A stretch of DNA of 32,935 nt, taken from NCBI GenBank assembly GCA_049300145.1, contig JBAQJG010000594.1, positions 1 through 32,935 of the forward strand. The letters run 5' to 3'. Positions 18,101-26,426 of this stretch are shown in pieces (the stretch's first letter is position 1; each line of letters begins with the position of its first letter). The position numbers were made by a program, and so were the translations under genes. The notes beneath the pieces were generated by a model. That model did not search any database, was not told where the DNA came from, and saw only the letters and a list, made by a program, of their open reading frames with translations. This stretch comes from Chthoniobacterales bacterium. Lineage in GTDB: Bacteria > Verrucomicrobiota > Verrucomicrobiia > Chthoniobacterales > UBA10450.

Positions 18101-19535
18101 TCACCGCGTCGTGGTGAATCAACGCCGCGCGCCGGCCACGCTTCGTGCTAAAACCTTCGGACAGCATCCTCACAACGCTGTCAAATTCTTCGCGCCTGAG
18201 GTTTCGATACGCCCAGGCCGATCGCGCCAGCTCAAACAAACTACTTTCATCCCAATCTTCAGTTGAACTTGCGGCGACGATTTGTTGGGCGAGCACGTCC
18301 AGCGGTTTCTCCGGGATTAGCAGACGATCGAGTTCGCCGCTTCGGACGCAACGCAGGAGCGCGACACACTCGACAAGTTCGTCGCGGCTTAACGGGAAAA
18401 TCCGGCCTTTCGGAAGACCGCCACGCTGATGCTCGGCGCGACCGACGCGTTGCAGCAGGGTAGCAATCGAGCGCGTAGTGCCGAGCTGGCAAACGAGATC
18501 GATCGAACCGATGTCGATTCCCAATTCCAGCGACGCCGTGGCCACGAGTGCTTTCAGTTCCCCGCGTTTCAACCGGTCTTCCGCTTCGAGACGTAGTTTA
18601 GCCGAAAGACTTCCGTGATGAGAAGTCACCGCATCCGCGCCAAGTAGCTCGCTCAGATGATGCGTCACGCGTTCCGCCATCCGGCGTGTATTCACGAATA
18701 CCAAAGTCGTGCGGTGTGCCTGAATGAGCTCCGCCAGACGATGATAAACTTCTTCCCAAACTTCATTCGCCATCACTGCCTCGAGCGGCGATTTCGGGAG
18801 CTCAATCGCCAGGTCCAAGTCCCGTCGATGACCGATATCGATGATCGCGCAATCAGGATTGCCATCACTCTCCACGGCACGAGTACCCACGAGAAATCGC
18901 GCGACTTCTTCGATCGGCTTTTGCGTTGCGGACAATCCGATTCGCTGCAACGGATTCTTCGTCAACGCCGCCAACCGCTCCATACTCAGGGCGAGATGCG
19001 CTCCGCGGCGGTCGTCCACGACCGCATGAATTTCGTCAACGATCAGAGTCCGCACCGTGCTCAGCATTTGCCGGCCAGACTCCGAAGTGAGAAGCAGATA
19101 CAAAGATTCGGGAGTAGTCACCAGAATGTGGGGCGGTTTTTTGATCAGAGCCTGACGCTGAGCGGCGCTGGTGTCGCCGGTGCGAACCTCGGCGCGCACG
19201 TCTATCTCGCGGCCTTCGGTTTCGTGTAGCAAAGCGCGAATTCCGGCAAGCGGCTCCTGAAGATTTTTGCGAATGTCGTTACTCAGCGCTTTGAGTGGTG
19301 AGACATAAACAACCCGCGTCGCATCCGGTAATTCGGTTTTCGCGCCTTCGCGGAAAAGCGCATCCAGCGAGGAAAGAAATGCCGCCAACGTTTTGCCAGA
19401 ACCTGTCGGAGCAGAAATCAAAACATGGCGGCCTGAGTGAATTTCCGGCCAGCCGCGAGCTTGCGGCTCTGTCGGCGACCCGAACGTTTGCTCGAACCAC
19501 GGCGCGACGGCAGGATTAAATCGAAACGACTGCAT
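15153..19535 (-). CDS. lhr: Lhr-family ATP-dependent DNA helicase (full-length, with C-terminal extension)
   Basis: About 1460 aa. Walker A is APTGSGKT, motif II is DEIH, and the helicase C region is HHGSLS..ATASLELGID..QRVGRAEH. The long Lhr-type WH/DEAD-associated region and C-terminal domain (GGYFVGGVNGEQFALPEA) are present. ATG at 19535 is preferred to GTG at 19562. Confidence 0.92.
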   Translation of the reverse strand: MQSFRFNPAVAPWFEQTFGSPTEPQARGWPEIHSGRHVLISAPTGSGKTLAAFLSSLDALFREGAKTELPDATRVVYVSPLKALSNDIRKNLQEPLAGIRALLHETEGREIDVRAEVRTGDTSAAQRQALIKKPPHILVTTPESLYLLLTSESGRQMLSTVRTLIVDEIHAVVDDRRGAHLALSMERLAALTKNPLQRIGLSATQKPIEEVARFLVGTRAVESDGNPDCAIIDIGHRRDLDLAIELPKSPLEAVMANEVWEEVYHRLAELIQAHRTTLVFVNTRRMAERVTHHLSELLGADAVTSHHGSLSAKLRLEAEDRLKRGELKALVATASLELGIDIGSIDLVCQLGTTRSIATLLQRVGRAEHQRGGLPKGRIFPLSRDELVECVALLRCVRSGELDRLLIPEKPLDVLAQQIVAASSTEDWDESSLFELARSAWAYRNLRREEFDSVVRMLSEGFSTKRGRRAALIHHDAVNRRLHARRGARLVALTSGGAIPGNADYRVILEPSETFVGTVNEDFAVESLAGDIFQLGNSSWRILRVNSGVVRVEDAKGQPPGIPFWLGEAPARTSELSQSLSSLRVEIENLLAEGKNVSEWLAREIELSVEAAQQVADYFADSFRALGALPSQDTLIIERFFDESGGMQLVLHSPFGNRINRAWGLALRKRFCRSFNFELQAAATDDSIVISLGTQHSFPLEEVFRYLNSKTVRDLLVQALLDAPMFTIRWRWNATRSLAVPRFRGGAKIAAPLQRMESENLLAAVFPDQLACLEHIVGDREIPDHPLVKQTIDDCLTEAMDIDGLEEVLRKIEQGEIRCIARDLPEPSPLAAEILNARPYAFLDNAPLEERRTQAVYTRRASESRAGGSSDGLGILDSAAIEKVQWEAWPGATNADELHDALMLLGVMTEEETRRTVTIHTEENGAAAEQLVRDLVGAGRAMRLTFADKAFWVAVERLPMLQTIYLDAVREPDLVAPESVRHQKWERPDAIRELIRGRMEACGPVSAGELTENLSLTSSEIDAALLALEAEGFLLRGKFNPAAKEQEWCDRRLLARIHRRTIDRLRAEIQPVSPQDFYRFLFSWQRADAEHRVEGPEGLQSVLEQLDGCELPLAAWESAVLPARVAEYDPEWLDRLCFSGRVGWGRLSSPQNPCAHTATPLRTSPISLYQRENLQDWLLLTEKNAEMELSASSKTVLDALADGGALFFGELAQRSGLLPSQVEEALSQLAALGFVTSDSFDGLRALLVPSNKRPTFGRNQGKRRRKTNIANIEFAGRWSLLRTSGKSGLQPSSNGAGVSLRDAAVEKFARLLLRRYGVVFRRLLERESFAVTWYELGRIYRRWEARGEIRGGYFVGGVNGEQFALPEAIGLLRSVRKTSPKYELLALSAADPLNLQGILTPGPRIVAFTRNRLLFRAGLPIAALEAENVRKLLDDCVSDSELETALRVGKIRPSLRPYYK

Positions 19536-19569
19536 AGATAGGAGATTCGCGAAGACGGGCACCGCTAAT

Positions 19570-19935
19570 TTAAATTAGGCTTGGACAAAGGGAAAGGGGT
19601 AGCGGCGGTGCGAAAACTTTGAATACCAGCCAACAATGATCTACGAGAGGTCGATCGTGATCGACGGCCGCTGCGTTTTTCCCCTCTTCAAACGCGTTGC
19701 CGCGCCATTTAAGAGCGTTGAAAGCGCTAATATCGAGCAGGGCAATGAAAAACGTTTCCAAAATGTAACCTGTCAGCCATTCGTTTGTAACGGGCCGGTG
19801 CGACACTCTCGAATCAAAGATGGGTGCACCGACCTTATATCGGGATCCGAAAAGCGCTACGTGCATCAACGGCGATTCAAGTACCGGTCCGTCATCGGCT
19901 CGGTCGGTCAAGAATTTAAGGATCCAGGAGCACAC
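19570..19935 (-). CDS. Hypothetical ORF, possibly a frameshifted remnant
   Basis: The only protein-like reading in the 600-bp gap between the HAD gene and lhr. A 20-codon ATG ORF (19916-19978, MNNIFGAIVIRQLGSVLLDP*) lies just upstream in another frame. No family recognised. Confidence 0.25.
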   Translation of the reverse strand: MCSWILKFLTDRADDGPVLESPLMHVALFGSRYKVGAPIFDSRVSHRPVTNEWLTGYILETFFIALLDISAFNALKWRGNAFEEGKNAAAVDHDRPLVDHCWLVFKVFAPPLPLSLCPSLI

Positions 19936-20163
19936 TCCCGAGTTGCCTGATAACGATGGCGCCGAAGATGTTGTTCATCCATCTGCAAAATTTACTCGCA
20001 CAAAAAGATTAATTTTTGCCGCAGTCCGCCTTTGGGAACTGAAACGCGGAATTCGTTGGTAATTCGAAGAGGGTCCCGGCGGCAACATCTCTTTCCGGAT
20101 TTGTCGGCAGTAGCGGAATCCCAGAGTTGGTAGGTGCGAGCTTAGAGCTACCCGCTAACCATG

Positions 20164-20838
20164 CTACGGCGCGCCATGCGAGATCAGACCAAGACTATGA
20201 ATCAGAGTTGGCAATTCCTTCAAACTGCCGAGGACGTAGTCTGCTTCTTTCTCGTACTCGCGTGGGTCGACAAAGCGGCGGTCGGGAATCGCGGCGACGC
20301 GCATGCTCGCCGCTTTGGCCGCGGCGACGCCGGGAAGCGCGTCCTCAACCACAAGGCATGCGTCAGCATGGATTCCAAGTTGCTCTGCCGCGCACAGGTA
20401 GATGTCGGGAGCGGGTTTGCCCCGTTCAACTTCTTCGCCAGTAACAATGACCTCGAAGAATCCGGTCAGTTGATGTCGATCTAAAAAGGGTCGCGCAGAC
20501 GCGCTAACCGAACTCGTGGCGACGGCGAGATGCAGTTTCATCTGCTGCAGTTCTTTCAACACTTCTTTGACGTGAGGAAACGGCCCGACCCGATTGGCAA
20601 AGAACTCGGTCGCGATCTCACCGCGACGCCGCATCATTTCCTCAGTGGGCACGGAGAGCCCAAATGCTTTCTTGTAAAACTCGACCGCGAGCCGGTAGCT
20701 CACACCGACCACGTTCTGGTGGTATTCGCCGCAGTACTTCACGCCGTACTCAGCGAGTAATTTCGCGTCGATCTGGTTCCACGACGGCTCGGAGTCGGCG
20801 AGCACGCCGTCGAGATCGAAGATTACAGCAGATAGCAT
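20164..20838 (-). CDS. HAD-IA family hydrolase (phosphatase / beta-phosphoglucomutase-like)
   Basis: Motif I is VIFDLDGVLADSE, motif II is LAVATSS, the conserved Lys is in RGKPAPDIY, and motif III is VVEDALPG. Confidence 0.9.
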   Translation of the reverse strand: MLSAVIFDLDGVLADSEPSWNQIDAKLLAEYGVKYCGEYHQNVVGVSYRLAVEFYKKAFGLSVPTEEMMRRRGEIATEFFANRVGPFPHVKEVLKELQQMKLHLAVATSSVSASARPFLDRHQLTGFFEVIVTGEEVERGKPAPDIYLCAAEQLGIHADACLVVEDALPGVAAAKAASMRVAAIPDRRFVDPREYEKEADYVLGSLKELPTLIHSLGLISHGAP

Positions 20839-20975
20839 GGAGTTTTGAGCAACGAGCTCGGAGTTAGAAGACGGGAGATAGAAGATTGGACGCAGTCGTC
20901 AAGCAACCAGAGAAACCTGACAATGGACGATTGACGCATTGCGTTTTCTTCATCGCAGCAGAAAATGGCCGACTT

Positions 20976-23900
20976 ATGCGATCGGTTCGAAATGCAATCG
21001 TAATCGGTTTCGCGATCATTTTGGGGTTTGGGGAGGCAGGCGCGGGAGAGTTCAATTCGATTCTGCGCTGGCGGAACATTGGACCTTACCGCGGCGGGCG
21101 AACGCGCGCGATCGCAGGGGTTCCATCGCAGCCGAATGTTTTCTACATGGCGCCGGTGAACGGCGGCGTGTTCAAATCGAACGATTACGGTCGCACGTGG
21201 CAGCCGCTTTTCGATGATCAGCCGACCGCGTCCGTCGGTGCGATTGCGGTCGCGCCATCAAATCCGAACGTCGTTTACGTTGGCAGCGGTGAAGGATTGC
21301 ATCGGCCTGATCTTTCGGTCGGTGACGGCGTTTACAAATCGACTGACGCCGGTAAGACGTGGACGCATCTCGGATTGCGCGACGGTCAGCAGATCGCGCA
21401 GTTAGCTGTAGATCCAAAGAATCCCGACCGCGTTTTCGTGGCGGTTGCCGGTCATCCTTACGGGCCCAACGAAGAACGCGGCGTTTATCGATCGCTCGAT
21501 GGCGGCAAAACATTTGAAAAGGTGCTATACCGCGATGAGAACGTCGGCGCGAGCGATGTGCAGATCGATCCGAGCAATCCGCAGGTTGTTTACGCGGCGC
21601 TGTGGGAATCGCGCGAAGGCCCATGGGAAAACGGAGTGTTCAACGGAGACGGCGGCGGCATTTTTAAATCCACCGATGGCGGCAAGACGTGGCGACAATT
21701 AACCAAAGGGCTGCCGAGCAACATCGTCCAGGCGAACATGGCGATCGCACCGAGCGCGCCGAAAACATTGTTCGCCGCGGTCCGGACAAAAACGATCGCC
21801 AAACTTTATCGCTCGGACGACGCCGGCGAAACCTGGCGCGGCACAACCGACGATCCGCGGCCGGGACTTGGAATCGGCGGTGGCGATCTGCCGGTGGTGC
21901 GGTTCGATCCAAAAAATCCGCAGATCGTGTACTCGGCAAGCGTGGTTTGTTGGAAATCGACGGACGGCGGCAAAACGTGGGACGGCTGGCGCGGCGCACC
22001 CGGCGGCGACGATTATCAAAACGTTTGGATCAATCCGAATAATCCTGACATCATTCTGCTGGGTTCGGACCAGGGCGCGATCGTCACTGTGAACGGCGGC
22101 AAGAGCTGGAGCTCGTGGTATAACCAATCGACCGCGCAGTTGTATCACGTTAGCGCGGACAAAACGTTTCCGTATCGGCTTTACAGTGGCCAACAGGAAA
22201 GTGGTTCGGTCGGAATCGAAAGCCGCGGCGATGAGGGCGAGATCACGTTCCGCGATTGGCAGCCGGTCGCGGCCGAGGAATATGGTTACGTCGTTGCCGA
22301 TCCCATCGATCCAAACATTATCGTTGGCGGTAAGCTGACGCGATTCGATCGCCGCACCGGTCAGGCTCAAAATATACTTCCGGAGCCGGTGCAAACAGAA
22401 GACTTCCGGATGTTGCGGACCGAGCCTGTTGTCTTTTCGCCGCTCGATCCGCATTTGCTCTTCTTCGCTGGAAACACGCTTTGGCAAACACGCGATCGTG
22501 GCGACCACTGGGAAAAGATCAGCCCGGATTTGTCGCGACCGAATTACGGGCTGCCGGCGAGCATTGGAAAATACAAAGAGGATGCAACAAAGCAGGCTCA
22601 TCGGCGCGGCGTGATTTACACCGTTGCGCCGTCACCGCTCGACGCGAACCGGATCTGGTGCGGGACCGACGACGGTTTGATTCATCTCGCGACCGACGGC
22701 GGAAAAACCTGGACCAACGTGACGCCGGCAGGTGTTTCGGCGTGGCAGAAGATTTCGCTGATCGAAGCCGGACATTTCGATTCGAACACCGCTTTCGCGG
22801 CGGTCAACACCATGCGGATCGACGATCTGCGGCCGCACATTTTTGCGACGCACGACGGCGGCAAAACGTGGACGGAGATTGCGAACGGAATACCGGCCGG
22901 CCAAATCGTCAACGCAGTTCGCGAAGATCCGGAACGGAAAGGCCTCCTGTTCGCCGGAGCCGAAAAAGGCGTTTACGTCTCGTTCGATGACGGCGCGAAC
23001 TGGGAGTCGTTGCGATTGAATCTGCCAGCGAGTTCCGTGCGCGATCTTATTATTAAGAACGACGATCTCATCGTGGCGACGCATGGTCGCGGGTTCTGGG
23101 TCCTCGACAACATCGCGCCGCTGCGGCAACTCAACAGGAACCAGCGCGAGGATCTGTTGTTTAAACCGCAGACTGCGTTGCGCGTTCGCGCGAACCTGAA
23201 CACCGACACGCCATTGCCGCCGGACGAACCGGCCGGCGAAAATCCGCCAGACGGCGCGATGATCGATTATTTCCTTTCGAAAGATGCGAGTGGTCCGGTA
23301 ACGATCGAGGTCAAAGACGGCAAAGGCCAGTCAATTAGAAAATATTCGAGCGCGGGTGCGCCGGTCAAGGCGAATCCAAAGCGGCTCAAAATTCCGAGCT
23401 ACTGGATTCGGCCGCTGCAATCGGTTTCCACGAAAGCAGGCATGCATCGATTTCTGTGGGACATGCATTACACACCGGTCCCGGATGTGGTACCGGAGTT
23501 TCCGATCTCCGCGACGTATCGCAACACGGCACCGGAAGCGACATCACCATGGGCCGCGCCCGGTAATTACACGGTTATGTTAACGATTGACGACAAAACT
23601 TTCAGCCAACCGTTGACCGTCGCAGTGGATCCACGCGTTAGAACGTCGGCCGCCGACCTTCAGGAACAGTTCGATCTCTCGTGGCAGTTGTATCAGCTGC
23701 GGCTCAAGCTCGCCCCGATCGGCAAGAAGTTCGACGACATCGCCGAGCAGCTAACGAAACTCAAAGCACAGGCCGCGGAGCGACCTGACGTTACGCAAAA
23801 ACTGGAGGCCTTTGCTCAAACGCTCATGAGGTTTGGGCCGCCGCATCCGCGGCCAGGCGCTCCACCCTCGCTTTTCGTTTTGGAATCGACGACGCGATTG

Positions 23901-24098
23901 TTCAACGATATCCAAGGCGCAGATGCTGCGCCGACAGCCGCAGTCAAGGCCGCCGTCGCGGATCTTGAGACAAAAGTCGGACCTATGATGGAGGCGTGGC
24001 ACAAATTACTCGAATCCGATCTTCCCGCGTTGAATCAGCAATTGAAGCAAGCAGGATTCCCGGAAATCAAAACAGAGGTTGGGCAGTTGAGTCGTTGA
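20976..24098 (+). CDS. Secreted BNR/Asp-box repeat protein (VPS10/sortilin- or GH74-like double beta-propeller)
   Basis: At least 11 Asp-boxes (SxDxGxTW), including SNDYGRTW, STDAGKTW, SLDGGKTF, STDGGKTW (x2), SDDAGETW, VNGGKSW, TRDRGDHW, ATDGGKTW, THDGGKTW and SFDDGANW. Signal peptide from ATG 20976 (MRSVRNAIVIGFAIILGFGEAGA). The track start at 20886 is TTG. Confidence 0.85.
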   Translation: MRSVRNAIVIGFAIILGFGEAGAGEFNSILRWRNIGPYRGGRTRAIAGVPSQPNVFYMAPVNGGVFKSNDYGRTWQPLFDDQPTASVGAIAVAPSNPNVVYVGSGEGLHRPDLSVGDGVYKSTDAGKTWTHLGLRDGQQIAQLAVDPKNPDRVFVAVAGHPYGPNEERGVYRSLDGGKTFEKVLYRDENVGASDVQIDPSNPQVVYAALWESREGPWENGVFNGDGGGIFKSTDGGKTWRQLTKGLPSNIVQANMAIAPSAPKTLFAAVRTKTIAKLYRSDDAGETWRGTTDDPRPGLGIGGGDLPVVRFDPKNPQIVYSASVVCWKSTDGGKTWDGWRGAPGGDDYQNVWINPNNPDIILLGSDQGAIVTVNGGKSWSSWYNQSTAQLYHVSADKTFPYRLYSGQQESGSVGIESRGDEGEITFRDWQPVAAEEYGYVVADPIDPNIIVGGKLTRFDRRTGQAQNILPEPVQTEDFRMLRTEPVVFSPLDPHLLFFAGNTLWQTRDRGDHWEKISPDLSRPNYGLPASIGKYKEDATKQAHRRGVIYTVAPSPLDANRIWCGTDDGLIHLATDGGKTWTNVTPAGVSAWQKISLIEAGHFDSNTAFAAVNTMRIDDLRPHIFATHDGGKTWTEIANGIPAGQIVNAVREDPERKGLLFAGAEKGVYVSFDDGANWESLRLNLPASSVRDLIIKNDDLIVATHGRGFWVLDNIAPLRQLNRNQREDLLFKPQTALRVRANLNTDTPLPPDEPAGENPPDGAMIDYFLSKDASGPVTIEVKDGKGQSIRKYSSAGAPVKANPKRLKIPSYWIRPLQSVSTKAGMHRFLWDMHYTPVPDVVPEFPISATYRNTAPEATSPWAAPGNYTVMLTIDDKTFSQPLTVAVDPRVRTSAADLQEQFDLSWQLYQLRLKLAPIGKKFDDIAEQLTKLKAQAAERPDVTQKLEAFAQTLMRFGPPHPRPGAPPSLFVLESTTRLFNDIQGADAAPTAAVKAAVADLETKVGPMMEAWHKLLESDLPALNQQLKQAGFPEIKTEVGQLSR

Positions 24099-24167
24099 GG
24101 GGTGGTTGTGGTGGGGACAGTACGCGCCGCAGTCGTCGCAGCGGTTACAACGACATCTTAGAGGGCG

Positions 24168-24232
24168 TGCCGGCGGAGGGGCTCGAACCCACACGATCTT
24201 GCGATCACTGGATTTTGAGTCCAATGCTCTTT
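24168..24232 (-). tRNA. Truncated tRNA-Leu(CAA): 3' acceptor strand, T-arm, long variable arm and anticodon stem-loop only; 5' acceptor and D-arm absent (att-site remnant)
   Basis: The minus strand reads ..ttgga-CTCAAAA-tccag-t-gatc-GCAA-gatc-gt-gtggg-TTCGAGC-ccctc-cgccggc-A. The anticodon CAA is at 24217-24215 and the variable arm has a GNRA loop. The required 5' strand GCCGGCG and a GG-containing D-loop are not present in 24233-24260. Confidence 0.7.
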
Positions 24233-24262
24233 ATAGGTGGATATGGTTGCGTTGACGGATGG

Positions 24263-24291
24263 TTGACAAATGGACTTCAATCTCATATTCT
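24263..24291 (+). promoter_or_regulatory. Candidate sigma-70-type promoter for the integrase
   Basis: TTGACA at 24263-24268, a 17-nt spacer, then TATTCT at 24286-24291. An AGGTG Shine-Dalgarno sequence lies about 9 nt before ATG 24312. A tandem GTTGAC repeat (gttgacggatggttgac) overlaps the -35. Confidence 0.3.
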
Positions 24292-24311
24292 TTTCGTACA
24301 GGTGTAAAGCT

Positions 24312-25496
24312 ATGCGTAGAACCCGATTGAGAATTATTAAGGCCAGGGTGCGGCGAGATAGTTCTTGGGATCGTTATTATTGTGTGGTCGTCCCGAAACT
24401 TGGCGGCGGCAGGACGCGCCGCTTTTTCAAATTCACGCCGGAAGGCAAACGAGAAGCCGAAACGTTTCTGCAAATTTCCAAGGTCCGGCAGGAGAATGAG
24501 GGAACAGCCGCGCTTTCAATCCCCGAGACATTGCGAATCGAGGCAGTGAAATGCGAACGCTTGCTGAAGCCTGTCAATGCGACGTTGACGGATGCGGTAC
24601 AGTTTTTCCTAAAGCACGCCAAACCCGTCGGCGGAACAAAGAGTTTGGCGGACGCCATAAGAGAGATTCTTGATTCAAAGCGCAGAGCCGGGAAGCGGGA
24701 AAGTTATATTCGGATTCTCGGATGGGTGCTCAATGCGTTTGAGCGCGAGTTTCAAGGCCGGAACGTCAACGAGATCACCCGGCAGGACGTGGAATCCTGG
24801 GTTGATCGAATAGAAAATCTAACAACTCGGAAGAATCGCATCCGCGATTTGTCCATCCTGTTCGATTTTTGCCGCCGACGCGGCTACTGCGGCTCGAACC
24901 CTTTAGAAAACATCGAACGGCCGGTCGTCAGTGGCAAGAGACCCGAAATCTTTACCGTAAATGAAGCCGCCGCTTTGCTGACCACGGCGGAGATTTATCC
25001 AGAGTTCGAGCTCGTTCCGGCGATTGCCATTGGCCTCTTTGCCGGACTGCGAATGTCAGAGATAAAACAACTCGACTGGTGCAACGTGGATTTTGAACAC
25101 CGAGTCATCGATGTTGACGAATCCATTGCGAAGACACGCCAACAGCGAAACGTCGACATGAGTGATTCGCTTGCTGCGTGGCTAACGCCTCACACGCGAA
25201 CGGAAGGACAGGTTATTCCCGCCGGTTTTCGTAAGAAGATGGAGCAGTTGCGCAAGCTGGCCGGGATCACGAAATGGCCCAACAACGGGCTGCGACATTC
25301 ATTCGGCAGCTATCACGTTGCACATTTTCAGAATCCGAATTTGACGGCACTTCAAATGGGCCACGCCACGACTGATATGTTGTTCAAGCACTATAGAAAT
25401 TACCGGATCAGGGAAAAGGACGCCGAAGCGTATTGGAAGCTTGCTCCGGCGGTAACCGGTAAAAATGTGGTGGCTTTTGCAGTTGCAAGTGTGTGA
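24312..25496 (+). CDS. int: Tyrosine-type site-specific integrase
   Basis: The catalytic set is recognisable: R in GLRMSE, HxxR in LRHSFGSY, H in MGHATTDM and Y in FKHYRNY. An N-terminal SAM-like core-binding region is present. An in-frame ATG at 24270 is an alternative start. Confidence 0.92.
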   Translation: MRRTRLRIIKARVRRDSSWDRYYCVVVPKLGGGRTRRFFKFTPEGKREAETFLQISKVRQENEGTAALSIPETLRIEAVKCERLLKPVNATLTDAVQFFLKHAKPVGGTKSLADAIREILDSKRRAGKRESYIRILGWVLNAFEREFQGRNVNEITRQDVESWVDRIENLTTRKNRIRDLSILFDFCRRRGYCGSNPLENIERPVVSGKRPEIFTVNEAAALLTTAEIYPEFELVPAIAIGLFAGLRMSEIKQLDWCNVDFEHRVIDVDESIAKTRQQRNVDMSDSLAAWLTPHTRTEGQVIPAGFRKKMEQLRKLAGITKWPNNGLRHSFGSYHVAHFQNPNLTALQMGHATTDMLFKHYRNYRIREKDAEAYWKLAPAVTGKNVVAFAVASV

Positions 25497-25746
25497 CTCT
25501 CATTGGCGGCGCAACCGCGGGACACACATCGCCCGCGATGCTGTGACGGCATTATCACAGGGCTGTGACCCAGAAACAGGCGGCCGCCTTTTGGAAGATT
25601 GAGCCGCCGAAGATCGATCGGAAAACGATTCGATTTGTTGCCGCTTAGGTTAGTTCCCAGCCGGACGGTGAACACGACGGCGCGCACCTGGATGAGTAGC
25701 CGATTACTTTGTTTTTTGCATGGACAAAGCCGTCTAGACGCATACT

Positions 25747-25758
25747 GTTCAATTGAAC
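25747..25758. promoter_or_regulatory. Perfect 12-bp palindrome GTTCAATTGAAC upstream of the zinc-ribbon ORF
   Basis: Perfect dyad 75 nt upstream of ATG 25833. CTGTGAC half-sites recur at 25540-25570. Confidence 0.3.
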
Positions 25759-25832
25759 ATGAAGGCGAGATTCCGCTCATTTTTGCGGAGGCGTGTGCGG
25801 CGCCAGCGTCCGCGACAACTCGAACTCAATCT

Positions 25833-26048
25833 ATGGCCGAACCGTCAAACACTCTCCGGCAAATTTTGGAAAAAATCCGTGACGACACGCAACAGGCGCT
25901 GAAACTTCTCGGCGATGCCGCGGAAGTGCGGTCGCTCGGATGGAAGTGCAGCGCATGCGGCCACGTGAAGCATTTTACTCGGCCTGTTCTGACTGAAGTC
26001 GCTCGGCCATGCCCGAAGTGCAGAGGCGAGGCGTTTCAAGCGTCGTAA
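25833..26048 (+). CDS. Small zinc-ribbon protein (71 aa), candidate island regulator
   Basis: MAEPSNTLRQILEKIRDD...WKCSACGHVKHF..ARPCPKCRGEAFQAS carries a CxxC...CxxC motif. The longer track ORF from 25599 has an Arg-rich, non-protein-like N-terminus. Confidence 0.5.
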   Translation: MAEPSNTLRQILEKIRDDTQQALKLLGDAAEVRSLGWKCSACGHVKHFTRPVLTEVARPCPKCRGEAFQAS

Positions 26049-26426
26049 TAAGAATTCGATCACAGTCTGTGTTGCCCCGATCCGCTGACGCTTTGCCTAA
26101 CGAATCAGAGACGATTCGGCGAGAGTGTAGCGGATTATCACCGGACGACCCTGCTTCTTTTCCGCAAGAATTCAGAGCAGCACGCGACCGGGCACGGCAT
26201 GACAAAAGGCGATTTGTGAATCCCGATACCTACGGTGTGCCCGCAACACTTGGCGTCCGAGCGGCGTTCGCCTCAGTGGCCTTTGCAGGCTCGGAGTATT
26301 CAGGAAAAGAGATGAAGCGCGTGGCTGTGCCGCCGTGTCCCAACTGGTACGCGGATAACGTGCAGCGGTTTTATTTTACTTGCCTTTGGCCGCTCCCTTT
26401 GTGAGAACTCGAAGTGCCACTGGGTC

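Noticed and set aside
15153-19535. Lhr helicase as part of a defence or novel system
   Set aside because: It is a full-length canonical Lhr with conserved motifs in a core-genome context. No nuclease or MPE partner is adjacent and no mobile signatures are present. I treat it as an ordinary DNA-repair helicase.
129-22601. Large antisense or overlapping ORFs inside confident genes (for example 129-725 minus, 4040-4549 minus, 6260-7174 minus, 16046-16420 plus, 18657-19229 plus, 21699-22601 minus)
   Set aside because: Each lies wholly within a gene with strong family motifs on the other strand or frame. All have Arg-rich compositions typical of shadow ORFs in GC-rich DNA.
24168-24260. A complete tRNA-Leu gene on the minus strand
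   Set aside because: Only the anticodon arm, variable arm, T-arm and 3' acceptor strand are present. The 5' acceptor complement (GCCGGCG) and a GG-containing D-loop are missing from 24233-24260. I report it as a truncated att-site copy instead.
25400-25780. 126-aa minus-strand ORF overlapping the integrase 3' end
   Set aside because: It is antisense to the integrase C-terminus and to the intergenic region. Its composition is poor and nothing supports it.
26009-26404. 131-aa plus-strand ORF between the zinc-ribbon gene and the OmpA-like gene
   Set aside because: It overlaps the zinc-ribbon gene end and has an Arg-rich, low-complexity composition. It has no ribosome-binding site or recognisable motif. 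I treat it as non-coding spacer carrying the upstream motif.
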